Below are positions 1-12,992 of a stretch of 64,000 nucleotides of DNA, piece by piece (the first letter of the stretch is position 1; every line of letters begins with the position of its first letter). Below the pieces are notes generated by a model. That model was not told the origin of the DNA, made no database searches, and worked only from the letters and a program-made list of their open reading frames with translations. This DNA is from Proteromonas lacertae (taxonomy: Eukaryota). The stretch spans positions 1 through 64,000 of the forward strand of contig NGBS01001168.1 of assembly GCA_002245135.1 (NCBI GenBank), written 5' to 3'. The position numbers were made by a program, and so were the translations under genes.

Positions 1-26
1 CACCTCAATCAATATCTCCAAATATA

Positions 27-715
27 ATGAGTAATGAGTATATTTCTCCAACATCCTCTTTGCCTATTTATACCCAATCATATTATTCACAAATTCCATT
101 ACAACAACAACAACAACAACAACAACAATCTCTCTACCTCCACCTGTAATACCAATACCTCAACCTCAGCAAAATGTCAAATAGAGCAATTACTCCATTC
201 CAATACCATTAACAGAAGGAAATGTAATGACATCAGGAATGGAAAGATCTAACAAAGCATCTAATATAAATGGAATAAATCCAGCAAAGAAACTACAAAC
301 AATCGATGATAGTATAGTAACAATATCTGATGGAAATAATATTATATCAAATAACAACAATAACACAGAAAATGAAGAAGAAAGAGTAGATGAAACAGGC
401 TATTATAATCCTCAAACAATCTATTATACAAATGATATAAATGTAAGTGGAAATGCAACAACAGTATACAGTGATACAATATACACTGATGGAAATGGTC
501 AATATTATATTCCAAGTGCAAATGGGTATAATGAAAATGGTGGTTATTATACAACATATGTATATAATAATAATAATAACAGTGTAGAAGGAGTGGAAGT
601 TCCTCCTGGTTTTAGTTTCCGGTAAGAGAAAGTAATACAAATCAACAAATGACAATAATATTTTTATTACACCTAGTGTAAATCCAAATGAGAAAAATAA
701 TGCTGAAATGAAATG
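27..715 (+). CDS. Low-complexity Q/N/Y/P-rich protein, left-arm copy (frameshifted)
   Basis: Mirror of intact ORF 7529-8218; broken by small indels in homopolymer/dinucleotide runs. Confidence 0.6.
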
Positions 716-1561
716 ATTTCATTAATTGATTTGTTTTTGTTGATTATTTTTACTGTTGTTGTTTTGATATGAATCATAGATACCATTTGCCTTTCGTTCT
801 GTAATTTTACATTTTTCTGATTATTTGAAGTATTTAGCATATTATTATCTTAACAGCAACACAATCATTTTAAATTAACACCATTACATATATACAATAA
901 CTATTTCAACAATTTTCTTTAATACTATTTTTAACATAATCCTTTCGCAATTAAACATTTATATAATGTATATACTATGTATATATTAGGTTAAACTACT
1001 TCAACGACTATACTATCACTATTTTGTGTTCAATTGGTATACTTTTACTACAATCATTACATATAACTGCATCTATATGTCATATTCGTTTTTCCTAACA
1101 ATATGCACATTTTTATTGTTTATGTGTGAGTTTAGAATTAAATATTCAAAATAGATTATCAAACCAATTTGATCTTATTATTTATGATTTTTGAGTAAAT
1201 AAAGCAATATTTCAGCATAAATAAAAATGAAATATATAAATCATATGATGATATAACTAATATGGAAATATGAACAGAATTTGGCATACTCACTTTTTCG
1301 ATTATTCTTTAAATTGGTTAAAAAGCATCTAATTATGTTATATATACTTTATATTATATGAAAATATGGTTATTCTAAATTTACAATATGATGAGTACCA
1401 ATTCACTCAAAACTACCAAAAAAATATTTTCAAACTTAATTTCAAGCTTTTAAAACAGAATTATACGTTTTGAAGAACAAAAATAAAAATTTAAATATTA
1501 AGAATTTTTTAACATCTAAATAGGCAAATTATTCTAATGTATAAAGTAATACTATCTATTT

Positions 1562-2507
1562 TCATTTACAGTGATGATCGTTTAAGCATGTCCTATTTTT
1601 GAATACGGATAAACAATGACTGCAATAGTCATAATTTTTAAGATTCTTTTTATCTTCGTATATCTCAGAAAGAACACTTTTCGGATTATTTACGTAATAA
1701 TATCTTCCACATTTGGAAGAAAATTTTATGTATAGCAAAAATATGTGTTTGTCACTTTGATAATTTTCACTCTTTCGTAATACTATCATCTTATCATTTT
1801 CTATTCCAAATATTGTTATACTGATTCTATTGTCTCTTTCCAAATTCATCAATTCCGATTTTATCTAATGGATTTACTGAATATGTTAAATGACTAAATT
1901 TACTTTATTATATATTTTATCTAATTCTTTTACTTTTTTATCAATTCGGTAATTCTTCTTTATTTTACATTTATTGTCTTTTTCTTTCATTTCCAATAAA
2001 TAATCATATAAAATACAGTATTGAAAACTGTCATTGTTTACAAAATCAACATCTCGAATTCCTGTTTTCTTACTCAACATTTTTGGGCTTTTTGAAGTAT
2101 TTTGATTCATATATATCAACAGACTCATTTTTACTTCTTTCCATATACATATTCACGGAATTTGTTACTTCACACTTCACTACTTCTATTTCTTCATAAC
2201 TTTCGTAATCTCGAAGATATTCATCTATTTCGTATATTGCTTCATTTTTCTTCATCTTCTTCACACATATATCCATAACAACATTTACACTTTCATTTTT
2301 GCGTTTTACAGGATTTGAAATTTCGAAATCTTCAAAAAAAGGGAGACTACCATATCCTATATCATCATCATCTATTACACATATATTATCTACTCCTATA
2401 TAACCCACTTCTAATAACAAATCTTCTATTGGTTTTATATCACTGTATAAACTACTATCATCGACTATATTATTTAACTCAAAACCATTCCAAAATGATT
2501 CGCTCAT
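1562..2507 (-). CDS. Polinton pPolB N-terminal-like protein with C-terminal Zn finger, left-arm copy (frameshifted)
   Basis: ORF pieces 2070-2507, 1886-2128 and 1562-1852 reconstruct ORF 5740-6683; this copy keeps the end CSHC...NDHHCK*. Confidence 0.7.
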
Positions 2508-2907
2508 TGATATCTTTATATAACAGAGATATTGAGAATGCTAAAAAAAAGATTTTTTGTTTTTGAATCGTCATATCCAATCAAAAGATATATTTGAATA
2601 ATGCATAAATAGATCATAATTAATCCATGCAAACGGTACATTTGAATTTGTGATAGTATGTACAGTATTTATAAGCATGTTAATTCAGATTTATGCAAAT
2701 TGTGCTTTTATGCTCGAATGATGTAGTATAAAATAGAACAAACTGACCTATAACTTCAATATATTTTTAAAAGAAAGCAGGAATGAGAAAAATGGTATTA
2801 TTATTTTGAAACGGTCAAATTTTTTATAAATAAGAAAAACAAGTGAAAATAAGGTGATATGAATGATAGTATTATAGTTGTAAATAATTCACATAAACAT
2901 TATAATG

Positions 2908-5026
2908 TTAATTTTGATGAGAAATTGATAATAATTCTATTGATGTACTTGTATATCCTAGTACTACATATGAATATAATGGAGAAGGTAAATCTTTAAC
3001 AAGTAAAACAGGAGATGAATCATTATGACTAATCCAAAATTCTCTTTTATTCATATCAACAATCACTTCATAAATTGAACCATCTCCATGATTATTGAAA
3101 TTTGGATCTGTGTTAACAACTGTTCCAATATGACAAAATGGAGTAATAACTATACTTCTACAACTATATGCAGTATAATTACATGTTGTTGGTTGTTGAA
3201 AAATATTATTACCAGAATATGTATTATTAGTTGATAAACCTAACATCATACAATCATCTTCACTTCCATTTTGATGAAATTTATATTTGATATGATAAAC
3301 TCCATTTTCCATTTTCAAATTCAAATAACAATGACTCCAACCATAAATTGCATTTGTTATTGTTTTTCCATTATTTGAGATTGATATTCCATCACTTTTG
3401 TTTAATTCTGTGAATTTTACATCAATAAATTCTAATGAGATTTTGAATTTCTTTTCATTTAGATTATTCTTACAACTTATTTCATATTCTGTCTTATCGA
3501 TTTCTTTAGCAATTTTTCCATTAATTATTCCATTTTCTTTATCTATCATTATTCCATCTGGCAATGAAGGATTGATTAAAAATTCACATCGATTTCCATC
3601 AAATGAAGGAATTATTGATATTTCTTCATTTATTCTAAATGAATATTCTGTATGAGGATATGAAAATGATGTGATTTCTTTTGTTTTTAATTCTTCCAAT
3701 AATTCTTTATCTTTTATTATTACTATCATTTCTTCTTCTTCTTCGAAACTCATTCTCATTTCTTTTATATATTCTATTAATAATTCTTTGGATTTAGAAT
3801 TTAAATAACAATCTTCATTCAATATTCCAAAAAGAATTTCTTTTCCACATACTTCTTCTATTATTGAAATATTCTTTTTATCATCAATGAATAAACATAA
3901 ACATTTCATTGTTCGATTTCTTTTATTCTCATTATATTCTATACATAATCTATCCAATAGATTTCTCTTTTCTATATTTGAGATATATTCTATTTAAATA
4001 TATTTTTAGTATTTATACTTTCCATTTTCATATTTTTGTATTTCATTATCATCAATACTATTTCCATCATTTTTATATTATTCATTTCTAATATACACAT
4101 TATTTCATCATTCAATTCTTCTTCTTTCATTCTATCCAATATTCCTCTTTCTTCTTCATTAAAGTCTTCTTCATTATCTTCATTGTATTTGTTGATTATT
4201 ATATTTTGAATTCTCTCATCTTTTATTAAATATATTTCTATATGATTTTTACATTCATTTTTCTTTAATTCTATTTTCATTTCTTTCAACATTTCTTTAT
4301 TCTCTTTTTCTATCTCTTTCTCTTTTATCTTTTCACAATCAATATCTTCTTCTATCAAATGTTTAAAATCATCTTGTATCTCTTTATTATCTTTCTTATT
4401 CTTTTGGAATTTATACCATTCTAATAACCGATTTAATAACCATAACTCATTCACTATTATCACATCTCTCATATTTAATATCTCTATCAAATTATTCATT
4501 TCTAATCTCAACAAATATTCATTCTTATATAAATATTTATATCCTCGTTTTTCTATTTCCATATTTTTCAAGTCTTCTATCTCTCTCAAACATCCACCAA
4601 ATACATTACATATATGAATTAATTTCATTAACACATCTTCATCTATATTATTCTTCACAAATTCATAACAATCACTTATTATCTCTTTTTCACAATAACA
4701 TAAACAAAACATCAACACTTCACACACTCTCTTTACAGATTATTAATTCACCACCACTGTAGTATTTCTCCATCTCATAATAGCCAATTTCTTCTATTTC
4801 TTCATATAACTCTAAAACTCCTACAAACTCACGATCTAATAACAGTTTCTTTACAGTTTCATTTCCATTCACTAAAATTGATTTGATTGACATTATTCGA
4901 TTATCTCCAATCTTCACTTCTATATCACCAAAACCACTTTCAACCAATTTTCGACATAATCTATCATAAAAATAAATATAAAATATACCCCTCTTCTCTT
5001 ATGCTTTTATTCACTTTTATTATCAT
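2908..5026 (-). CDS. BTB/BACK - putative Ig (He_PIG-like) - SPRY/B30.2-like protein
   Basis: ATG at 5026, introns ~4961-4988 and 3990-4018. LVESGFGDI BTB start, INPSLPDGIMIDKENGIING Ig motif, SPRY-like end. 2-nt slip in a GT repeat near 4722. Paralog of 22894-25079. Confidence 0.8.
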
Positions 5027-5739
5027 CTTTATGTAAATATAAAACAAAAATAACGAAATTCGATTTTTATCAAAATTTTGAATGACCCAAATTTCAAAAT
5101 GATGAAAAACCTTCTAAATACCAATATTACAGATGATATTAGCTTAGATATATATAAGTATGTGTAAAGATAAATCATGTCAAGAACATTATTTTGTAAC
5201 TAGCAAAAATTATCACTATTACGAAAATAAGTGGTTATGGATTAATACTAACATAAATATATCGAAATATAGAAAGAGAGACTATGTATAGTAGTTATAA
5301 TTTCAAAATTAATTAAATTACCTCACAATAAACTTTCATATACTCAACAAATAGATCATTCAAGAGATATTAACAATTTATATATTCATATCACCTTATT
5401 TTCACTTGTTTTTCTTATTTATAAAAATTTGACCGTTTCAAAATAATAATACCATTTTTCTCATTCCTGCTTTCTTTTAAAAATATATTGAAGTTATAGG
5501 TCAGTTTGTTCTATTTTATACTACATCATTCGAGCATAAAAGCACAATTTGCATAAATCTGAATTAACATGCTTATAAATACTGTACATACTATCACAAA
5601 TTCAAATGTACCGTTTGCATGGATTAATTATGATCTATTTATGCATTATTCAAATATATCTTTTGATTGGATATGACGATTCAAAAACAAAAAATCTTTT
5701 TTTTAGCATTCTCAATATCTCTGTTATATAAAGATATCA

Positions 5740-6683
5740 ATGAGCGAATCATTTTGGAATGGTTTTGAGTTAAATAATATAGTCGATGATAGTAGTTTAT
5801 ACAGTGATATAAAACCAATAGAAGATTTGTTATTAGAAGTGGGTTATATAGGAGTAGATAATATATGTGTAATAGATGATGATGATATAGGATATGGTAG
5901 TCTCCCTTTTTTTGAAGATTTCGAAATTTCAAATCCTGTAAAACGCAAAAATGAAAGTGTAAATGTTGTTATGGATATATGTGTGAAGAAGATGAAGAAA
6001 AATGAAGCAATATACGAAATAGATGAATATCTTCGAGATTACGAAAGTTATGAAGAAATAGAAGTAGTGAAGTGTGAAGTAACAAATTCCGTGAATATGT
6101 ATATGGAAAGAAGTAAAAATGAGTCTGTTGATATATATGAATCAAAATACTTCAAAAAGCCCAAAATGTTGAGTAAGAAAACAGGAATTCGAGATGTTGA
6201 TTTTGTAAACAATGACAGTTTTCAATACTGTATTTTATATGATTATTTATTGGAAATGAAAGAAAAAGACAATAAATGTAAAATAAAGAAGAATTACCGA
6301 ATTGATAAAAAAGTAAAAGAATTAGATAAAATATATAATAAAGTAAATTTTAGTCATTTAACATATTCAGTAAATCCATTAGATAAAATCGGAATTGATG
6401 AATTTGAAAGAGACAATAGAATCAGTATAACAATATTTGGAATAGAAAATGATAAGATGATAGTATTACGAAAGAGTGAAAATTATCAAAGTGACAAACA
6501 CATATTTTTGCTATACATAAAATTTTCTTCCAAATGTGGAAGATATTATTACGTAAATAATCCGAAAAGTGTTCTTTCTGAGATATACGAAGATAAAAAG
6601 AATCTTAAAAATTATGACTATTGCAGTCATTGTTTATCCGTATTCAAAATAGGACATGCTTAAACGATCATCACTGTAAATGA
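5740..6683 (+). CDS. Intronless protein resembling the N-terminal (OTU-like + Zn finger) module of Polinton/Maverick protein-primed PolB
   Basis: SKYFKKPKMLSKKTGI..VNNDSFQYCIL..KVNFSHLTYSV..IDEFERDNRISITIFG..KHIFLLYI..RYYYVNN..YCSHCLSVF follows the Polinton pattern as I recall it. One A missing near 6648 relative to the left arm; the corrected stop is 6681-6683. Confidence 0.7.
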
Positions 6684-7528
6684 AAATAGATAGTATTACT
6701 TTATACATAGAATAATTTGCTATTTAGATGTTAAAAAATTCTTAATATTTAAATTTTTATTTTTGTTCTTCAAAACGTATAATTCTTGTTTTAAAAGCTT
6801 GAAATTAAGTTTGAAAATATTTTTTTGGTAGTTTTGAGTGAATTGGTACTCATCATATTGTAAATTTAGAATAACCATATTTTCATATAATATAAAGTAT
6901 ATATAACATAATTAGATGCTTTTTAACCAATTTAAAGAATAATCGAAAAAGTGAGTATGCCAAATTCTGTTCATATTTCCATATTAGTTATATCATCATA
7001 TGATTTATATATTTCATTTTTATTTATGCTGAAATATTGCTTTATTTACTCAAAAATCATAAATAATAAGATCAAATTGGTTTGATAATCTATTTTGAAT
7101 ATTTAATTCTAAACTCACACATAAACAATAAAAATGTGCATATTGTTAGGAAAAACGAATATGACATATAGATGCAGTTATATGTAATGATTGTAGTAAA
7201 AGTATACCAATTGAACACAAAATAGTGATAGTATAGTCGTTGAAGTAGTTTAACCTAATATATACATAGTATATACATTATATAAATGTTTAATTGCGAA
7301 AGGATTATGTTAAAAATAGTATTAAAGAAAATTGTTGAAATAGGTTATTGTATATATGTAATGGTGTTAATTTAAAATGATTGTGTTGCTGTTAAGATAA
7401 TAATATGCTAAATACTTCAAATAATCAGAAAAATGTAAAATTACAGAACGAAAGGCAAATGGTATCTATGATTCATATCAAAACAACAACAGTAAAAATA
7501 ATCAACAAAAACAAATCAATTAATGAAA

Positions 7529-8218
7529 TCATTTCATTTCAGCATTATTTTTCTCATTTGGATTTACACTAGGTGTAATAAAAATATTATTGTCATTTTG
7601 TTGATTTGTATTACTTTCTCTTACCGGGAAACTAAAACCAGGAGGAACTTCCACTCCTTCTACACTGTTATTATTATTATTATATACATATGTTGTATAA
7701 TAACCACCATTTTCATTATACCCATTTGCACTTGGAATATAATATTGACCATTTCCATCAGTGTATATTGTATCACTGTATACTGTTGTTGCATTTCCAC
7801 TTACATTTATATCATTTGTATAATAGATTGTTTGAGGATTATAATAGCCTGTTTCATCTACTCTTTCTTCTTCATTTTCTGTGTTATTGTTGTTATTTGA
7901 TATAATATTATTTCCATCAGATATTGTTACTATACTATCATCGATTGTTTGTAGTTTCTTTGCTGGATTTATTCCATTTATATTAGATGCTTTGTTAGAT
8001 CTTTCCATTCCTGATGTCATTACATTTCCTTCTGTTAATGGTATTGGAATGGGAGTAATTGCTCTATTTGACATTTGCTGAGGTTGAGGTATTGGTATTA
8101 CAGGTGGAGGTAGAGATTGTTGTTGTTGTTGTTGTTGTTGTTGTAATGGAATTTGTGAATAATATGATTGGGTATAATAAGGCAAAGAGGATGTTGGAGA
8201 AATATACTCATTACTCAT
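7529..8218 (-). CDS. Hypothetical 229-aa low-complexity protein (polyQ, polyN, Tyr/Pro-rich)
   Basis: Uninterrupted ATG-started ORF with Q9 tract, followed by a GT-rich 3' element. Confidence 0.7.
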   Translation of the reverse strand: MSNEYISPTSSLPYYTQSYYSQIPLQQQQQQQQQSLPPPVIPIPQPQQMSNRAITPIPIPLTEGNVMTSGMERSNKASNINGINPAKKLQTIDDSIVTISDGNNIISNNNNNTENEEERVDETGYYNPQTIYYTNDINVSGNATTVYSDTIYTDGNGQYYIPSANGYNENGGYYTTYVYNNNNNSVEGVEVPPGFSFPVRESNTNQQNDNNIFITPSVNPNEKNNAEMK

Positions 8219-8529
8219 TATATTTGGAGATATTGATTGAGGTGGTTGGTGTTTGAATCATACAATCCACTCAAAATATTCATTTGAGTAATGTATAAAG
8301 TGAATATAATTAATTAATGCAAATAAAATATTTGAATTTGCGATAGCTTAAACGCTGATTACCAACTTTAAAATTCATATTTACTTAATCTGTAAATTTT
8401 CTGTTAGTATTTTGAATTATATAAGGTAATAAATTCATTTACAACTTCAAATGACTTTTAATAGCTATAGATGACTCGAAAAATAAGGTTGCATAAAATT
8501 ATAAAACGATCAGTTTTTCATAAACAAAA

Positions 8530-9735
8530 ATGTCAAGAAATGAAATTAGCTCAATCTTATCAAATTATAATTACTCTGTATAGAAAATATATTATTTATT
8601 TTAGGTAATTATAGATTTGAAAAGTTATGATAGAAAGTGTAGTTTTGAAGTGATGGATGACAGAACAACAGTCCACATGATAGCCAAAGTGTTGAATCGT
8701 GATACAGCAAATATAAATGCGCTGGAAAATGTGTTTAATAACCTCATTGACGTTGATAAATCAATGTGTAGTGAAAATCTAATATATTATTACAGGATTA
8801 TAAATGAAAATGGAGTAATTATTTCGCTTAGAAATATCTTCAACAACAGACTTGAAGATCTAGATAATAATGAGATAGTCTCATTATTTCATGATTATGG
8901 ATGTAGCAATCTGTTATGTACATTATGTGAAGTATTAAGAGGATTTCACAGTATGAATATAGTGTGCGGAGCAATAAAATTGAGTAATATAATAATGAAA
9001 AGTGATAAAATGAACGATAAATATTTCTATTTGTGTGATTATTGTATGAGAGTTAGTAATAGTATTGATGTGAATTACATAACTCCAGAAGAAATTAGTG
9101 GAAAAGAAATCGGTATTGAAGTTGATATATGGTGTGTTGGTATTGTATTGTATTACATATTAAGTGGTAAATATCCATTTGAAGGTGGAAATGAAATAGA
9201 AACAAAGAGAAATGTATATTCAATGAGTTTACAAACAATAAATATAGAATTTGGTGGTTTAATGAATGAATTGTTAAGTAAACTACTTAGAAAGAATGCC
9301 TCAGATCGTATAACAGTACTTGAATTAGATGATTATATTAATAGAATGAATGATATAGTGTATTTGAGAGTTGAAACAGAAAGAGATATTTCACCATATA
9401 TTATTGATATTGTTGAAGAAAAAGAAGAGAAGAAAGAAGAAGAAAAGGAAGAAAACAATAGTAATGATAGTATAAATATATCACTTTCATCGATGCTATC
9501 TTCAATAACACAGTTTGTGAATAACAAAACTTCTGAAATTATATCAAAAAGTGAAAATATTCATAGTCAAGCTGTTTATTATAAAACAGAAATGGCCAAA
9601 AGGCAAGCGCAATTGCAATTGGATATGGCTAGAAGACAAGCTGAAATACAATCAAATATGAGGAGAAAAGAAGCAGAATTACAATCTAAAATAGCAAATA
9701 TTAAAGCATATTTGCCTAATTATAAATATTTTTAA
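8530..9735 (+). CDS. Protein kinase-fold protein (probable pseudokinase) with coiled-coil tail
   Basis: ATG 8530, 27-nt intron 8578-8604. C-lobe motifs YITPEE, DIWCVGIVLYYILSGKYPF, RIT. Catalytic loop reads CGAIKLSN and DFG reads DYC. Confidence 0.85.
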
Positions 9736-9825
9736 AACATAATATAATTTATTTGTCTCCACTGTCTTTTTATTTTTTGGAGCAATAATTGAATAATATT
9801 CGTTTCATTTAAATCTAATTTGAAA

Positions 9826-10342
9826 ATGCCTTCTGAAGAGAAGCTATCAGAACCTTTATCGATAATTGATGTAGAAAAAATTGATTGTGGCCCAAATTTA
9901 TGTAGTATAACCGAACATCTAGATTTGAAGATGGAATTTACTTCTTCAAATTGCTTAAAAGGTGCATACTGGGAGGTAAAAGTATAATAACATAATAATA
10001 TGTATTAGTATTTAGTAGATTCAGTTAATAATCGTCATATAATAAGTATTATTAGTTTTTGTTTATTATAAACTAGTTCTGGGTGAAACATCGAAAAGTG
10101 ATTATATTGGCAAATGTCATATGTCATTTTCAGTATATTTATAGAATATTACCAATATTTATAATTATTAGTGTTCACATATAGATATAAGTGAAATAAA
10201 ACCAAGTGAGTTATACAATGCTGGTTTATTAATTGCAACATTGAAATGTGATGGTGAAGAAGTAATTGATGTAAAATTAGTAGTTCAAGTATCAAAAGAA
10301 GGTGATAATTTCATCAGGTGTATTTTTAACCCATTAGAATAA
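9826..10342 (+). CDS. Small beta-rich hypothetical protein (possibly ASF1-like fold), 3 introns
   Basis: Not in ORF track. Splicing three GT..AG mini-introns gives MPSEEKLSEPLSIIDVEKID...YNAGLLIATL...RCIFNPLE*. Confidence 0.7.
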
Positions 10343-10413
10343 CTTCTATTATTTCAATAATGTTGAATTTGATGAATATATTCACAATAAACAGATTTCA
10401 AACATAATATTAT

Positions 10414-11583
10414 TTACACTACTTGAGGAAAACATCCAAAATCCAACAACCATAACTTTCTTACTTCAACATGTTGACTAAATAAACTAATCTCATAATT
10501 TTTATCACTAATCCATGAAAAATGAGGATATCTCTCAAATATAATAACTAAAATCTGATCAATTACACACATTTCTTCTAAACTTGAGGGAGGTAATATT
10601 ATTGAATTATTTTCTAATTCTTCTTCAGTATAACTCATTTTCTTGTCTGTTATTTCTTTTATTTCTTTTTCTATTTTATCAAGTTCTTCAGTCATAGATT
10701 CAATTGATGGTAATTCAATTTCTTCTTCTTCTTTTTCTATTTTTTCTATCTCTTCTTTCTTCAAATTTTCTTTTACAAATTTCAAATGATTTATTTCATC
10801 TCTTAGAAATATTCTATCCTCTTTATATTTCTAATTAAAAGATAAATATATATATATACTTTCAATTTTTCTATACTATTTGAAACTCGTTTAAATAATT
10901 CTTTGGCTTCATATATTCCAATTCTTCGTATATCATCTGACATTTTCTTTTTCCATATTAAATCATGATTACATTCACTTAACAAATTCAATATGTAATT
11001 TACACTATTCCATTTCGTTTTATTGTTTATTTCTTTCCAAAGTATTGATAATTCCATATCATAGATGTAATCAGGATATTCTAATATTATATATTTATCA
11101 TCATTACTTGATAATTCAAGTTGACTTTTTAATCCATTTGCTTTTATATTTGTAGTGTGATATGCTATTGATTCAGAGAATAATTCTTCACAAAATTCTT
11201 CACAACGCATTGATATTAAACTATGAAGTTTAAAATCTATATTCTTCATATCTATGTCTTTATATTTCTAATGTATATTATAATATTAAAAATACTTTTA
11301 ATAATTTTAGTTTTGTATAATTAATTATAAGTACAGGAAGTTCTTCAACAATTTCTTTCTCCTCTGTCGGTTTATCTTCAGAATTTAAATCAATATCTTC
11401 CCAACTATTCGGAATTTCCCAATTTTTTAAATCTATTCTATTAGATTCAGGTAATTCGATTATTAAATCATCATTAGACACACTATCTGGACATGAATTA
11501 AGAATCTTTTCACTATCTTCTTCTGGTTCACTTTCTCCTCGTAGTTTTCGAAGTAAATTAGGAGGTATCATTATTGAAGCCAT
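10414..11583 (-). CDS. Hypothetical protein, multi-exon
   Basis: Collinear ORFs 11278-11616, 10803-11249 and 10414-10785 joined by short GT..AG introns; starts MASIMIPPNLLRK. Confidence 0.65.
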
Positions 11584-11664
11584 TCTATATGCAGAGATAA
11601 TAAAAAATAATTTCAATACACTTAATACAATTGTATTGACTGTATTTTTATATAATCTTGTTTT

Positions 11665-12702
11665 ATGTCTCTTGTGCCATATTCATCAAGCGATGAATCT
11701 GATAGTGATCATGAAAATGAGTAATTATATCTAAATATAATATTAGTAGATATGAAAATTCCTTAGATTTACATAATAGGTTCACAAGAAGAAAAAATTG
11801 ATCCTTTAGTTGATAAACAGTCTACAATAAGTTCTATTACATTAAATAATGTAAATATGAAGATAAAAAGAAAGACAGAAGTAGATACAGAAAAAAAGAA
11901 AATAAAGAAGCAAAAAATAATTCCAGAGAAAAACAATAAAAAAGAAGATGTTGGTAGAACTTTACTTGAATCAAAACAAACTGATACTGTAAAACTAACA
12001 AAAATATCATTCAGTTCACTTCTTCCTAAACCTCAATATTCTGATTATGATGCAAATGATGAACAGCAAAACAATGAAGAACATAAAGATGAAGAAGAAA
12101 AGAAAATAAAAACATTCACACCTGCAGAACCAGTAGTACAATTATATCAATTTGATCAATCGAATAGTTCATATGAGAGATATAGTGATACATATCAAAA
12201 CAATAAAGAAGAAGAAGAGGAAGAATCAATATTACCAATGCCTAAATCTAATATAACAGTGGAAGAATCACATGATAATCATGTGCAAATGTATCCAGGT
12301 CCAAAATCAAATTTACCTGTATAATTCTCAATATTCTTATGAATAGGATGAATCTAGGTTAAAATACTTGGATAAAAAGATGAGAAATGATATTCAATCT
12401 GAATATATGCTTCATGATATATCTCAAAATCAATTGACAGACTTTAAATATGATGTAAATAAAGCAAATGGAACAATTTGTGGTACAAATGTATTTTAAT
12501 CTTATTATTATATATTTTATAGAGTATATTTCAAGGAACAGGGTATAATAGTGCTGAATTATCAATGTCAAAGTTAGGTAAAAGAAAATCTCAAATTACA
12601 TTTTTAGCTACTCAAGCGAATCAAGCAAGAGAATCCTTAAGAGATCAGAAGAATGCATATGGTCAAATGAAAAGACAAACCAGGCAAAGATATGGATGGT
12701 AA
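11665..12702 (+). CDS. PRCC: PRCC-family protein
   Basis: N-terminus MSLVPYSSSDESD; C-terminus KRKSQITFLATQA...KRQTRQRYGW* matches the PRCC C-terminal signature. Confidence 0.8.
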
Positions 12703-12992
12703 AATGAAATAATAAATTCATTATTTATAATATAAATCTAATGTGTTTTACCAATCATTTGCTTTTTACTACAATAATGTGAATAATATTTTATTTCTTC
12801 GTTTGTAAATGATGAATAATTTATAACAATGAATGGATATACTTTAACTTCAATGATTTTGAACAAATTACTTTCAATGTATTACACTTCCTAAATGATT
12901 GAATTTTATCTTCTAATAACATTACACTTTCATCATCTATTGATATATTACTAATTTAATTTCATCATAACATATATTTATACTTAAATGGT

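Larger units (their letters stand above)
1..2864. repeat. Left arm of long inverted repeat (runs to window edge, may extend further)
   Basis: Reverse complement of 5384-8244. Pos 1 cacctcaatcaatatctcc pairs with ggagatattgattgaggtg ending at 8244; inner edge ...aaggtgatatgaat (2864) pairs with attcatatcacctt (5384). Differences found in spot checks are only 1-2 nt indels. Confidence 0.97.
5384..8244. repeat. Right arm of long inverted repeat
   Basis: Reverse complement of 1-2864; mirrored ORFs in the six-frame track (2315-2566 + and 5681-5932 - are identical). Confidence 0.97.

Noticed and set aside
1..8244. Complete Polinton or DNA transposon with terminal inverted repeats
   Set aside because: No integrase, transposase, polymerase core, ATPase or capsid ORF seen; no recognisable termini or TSD, and the left end is outside the window.
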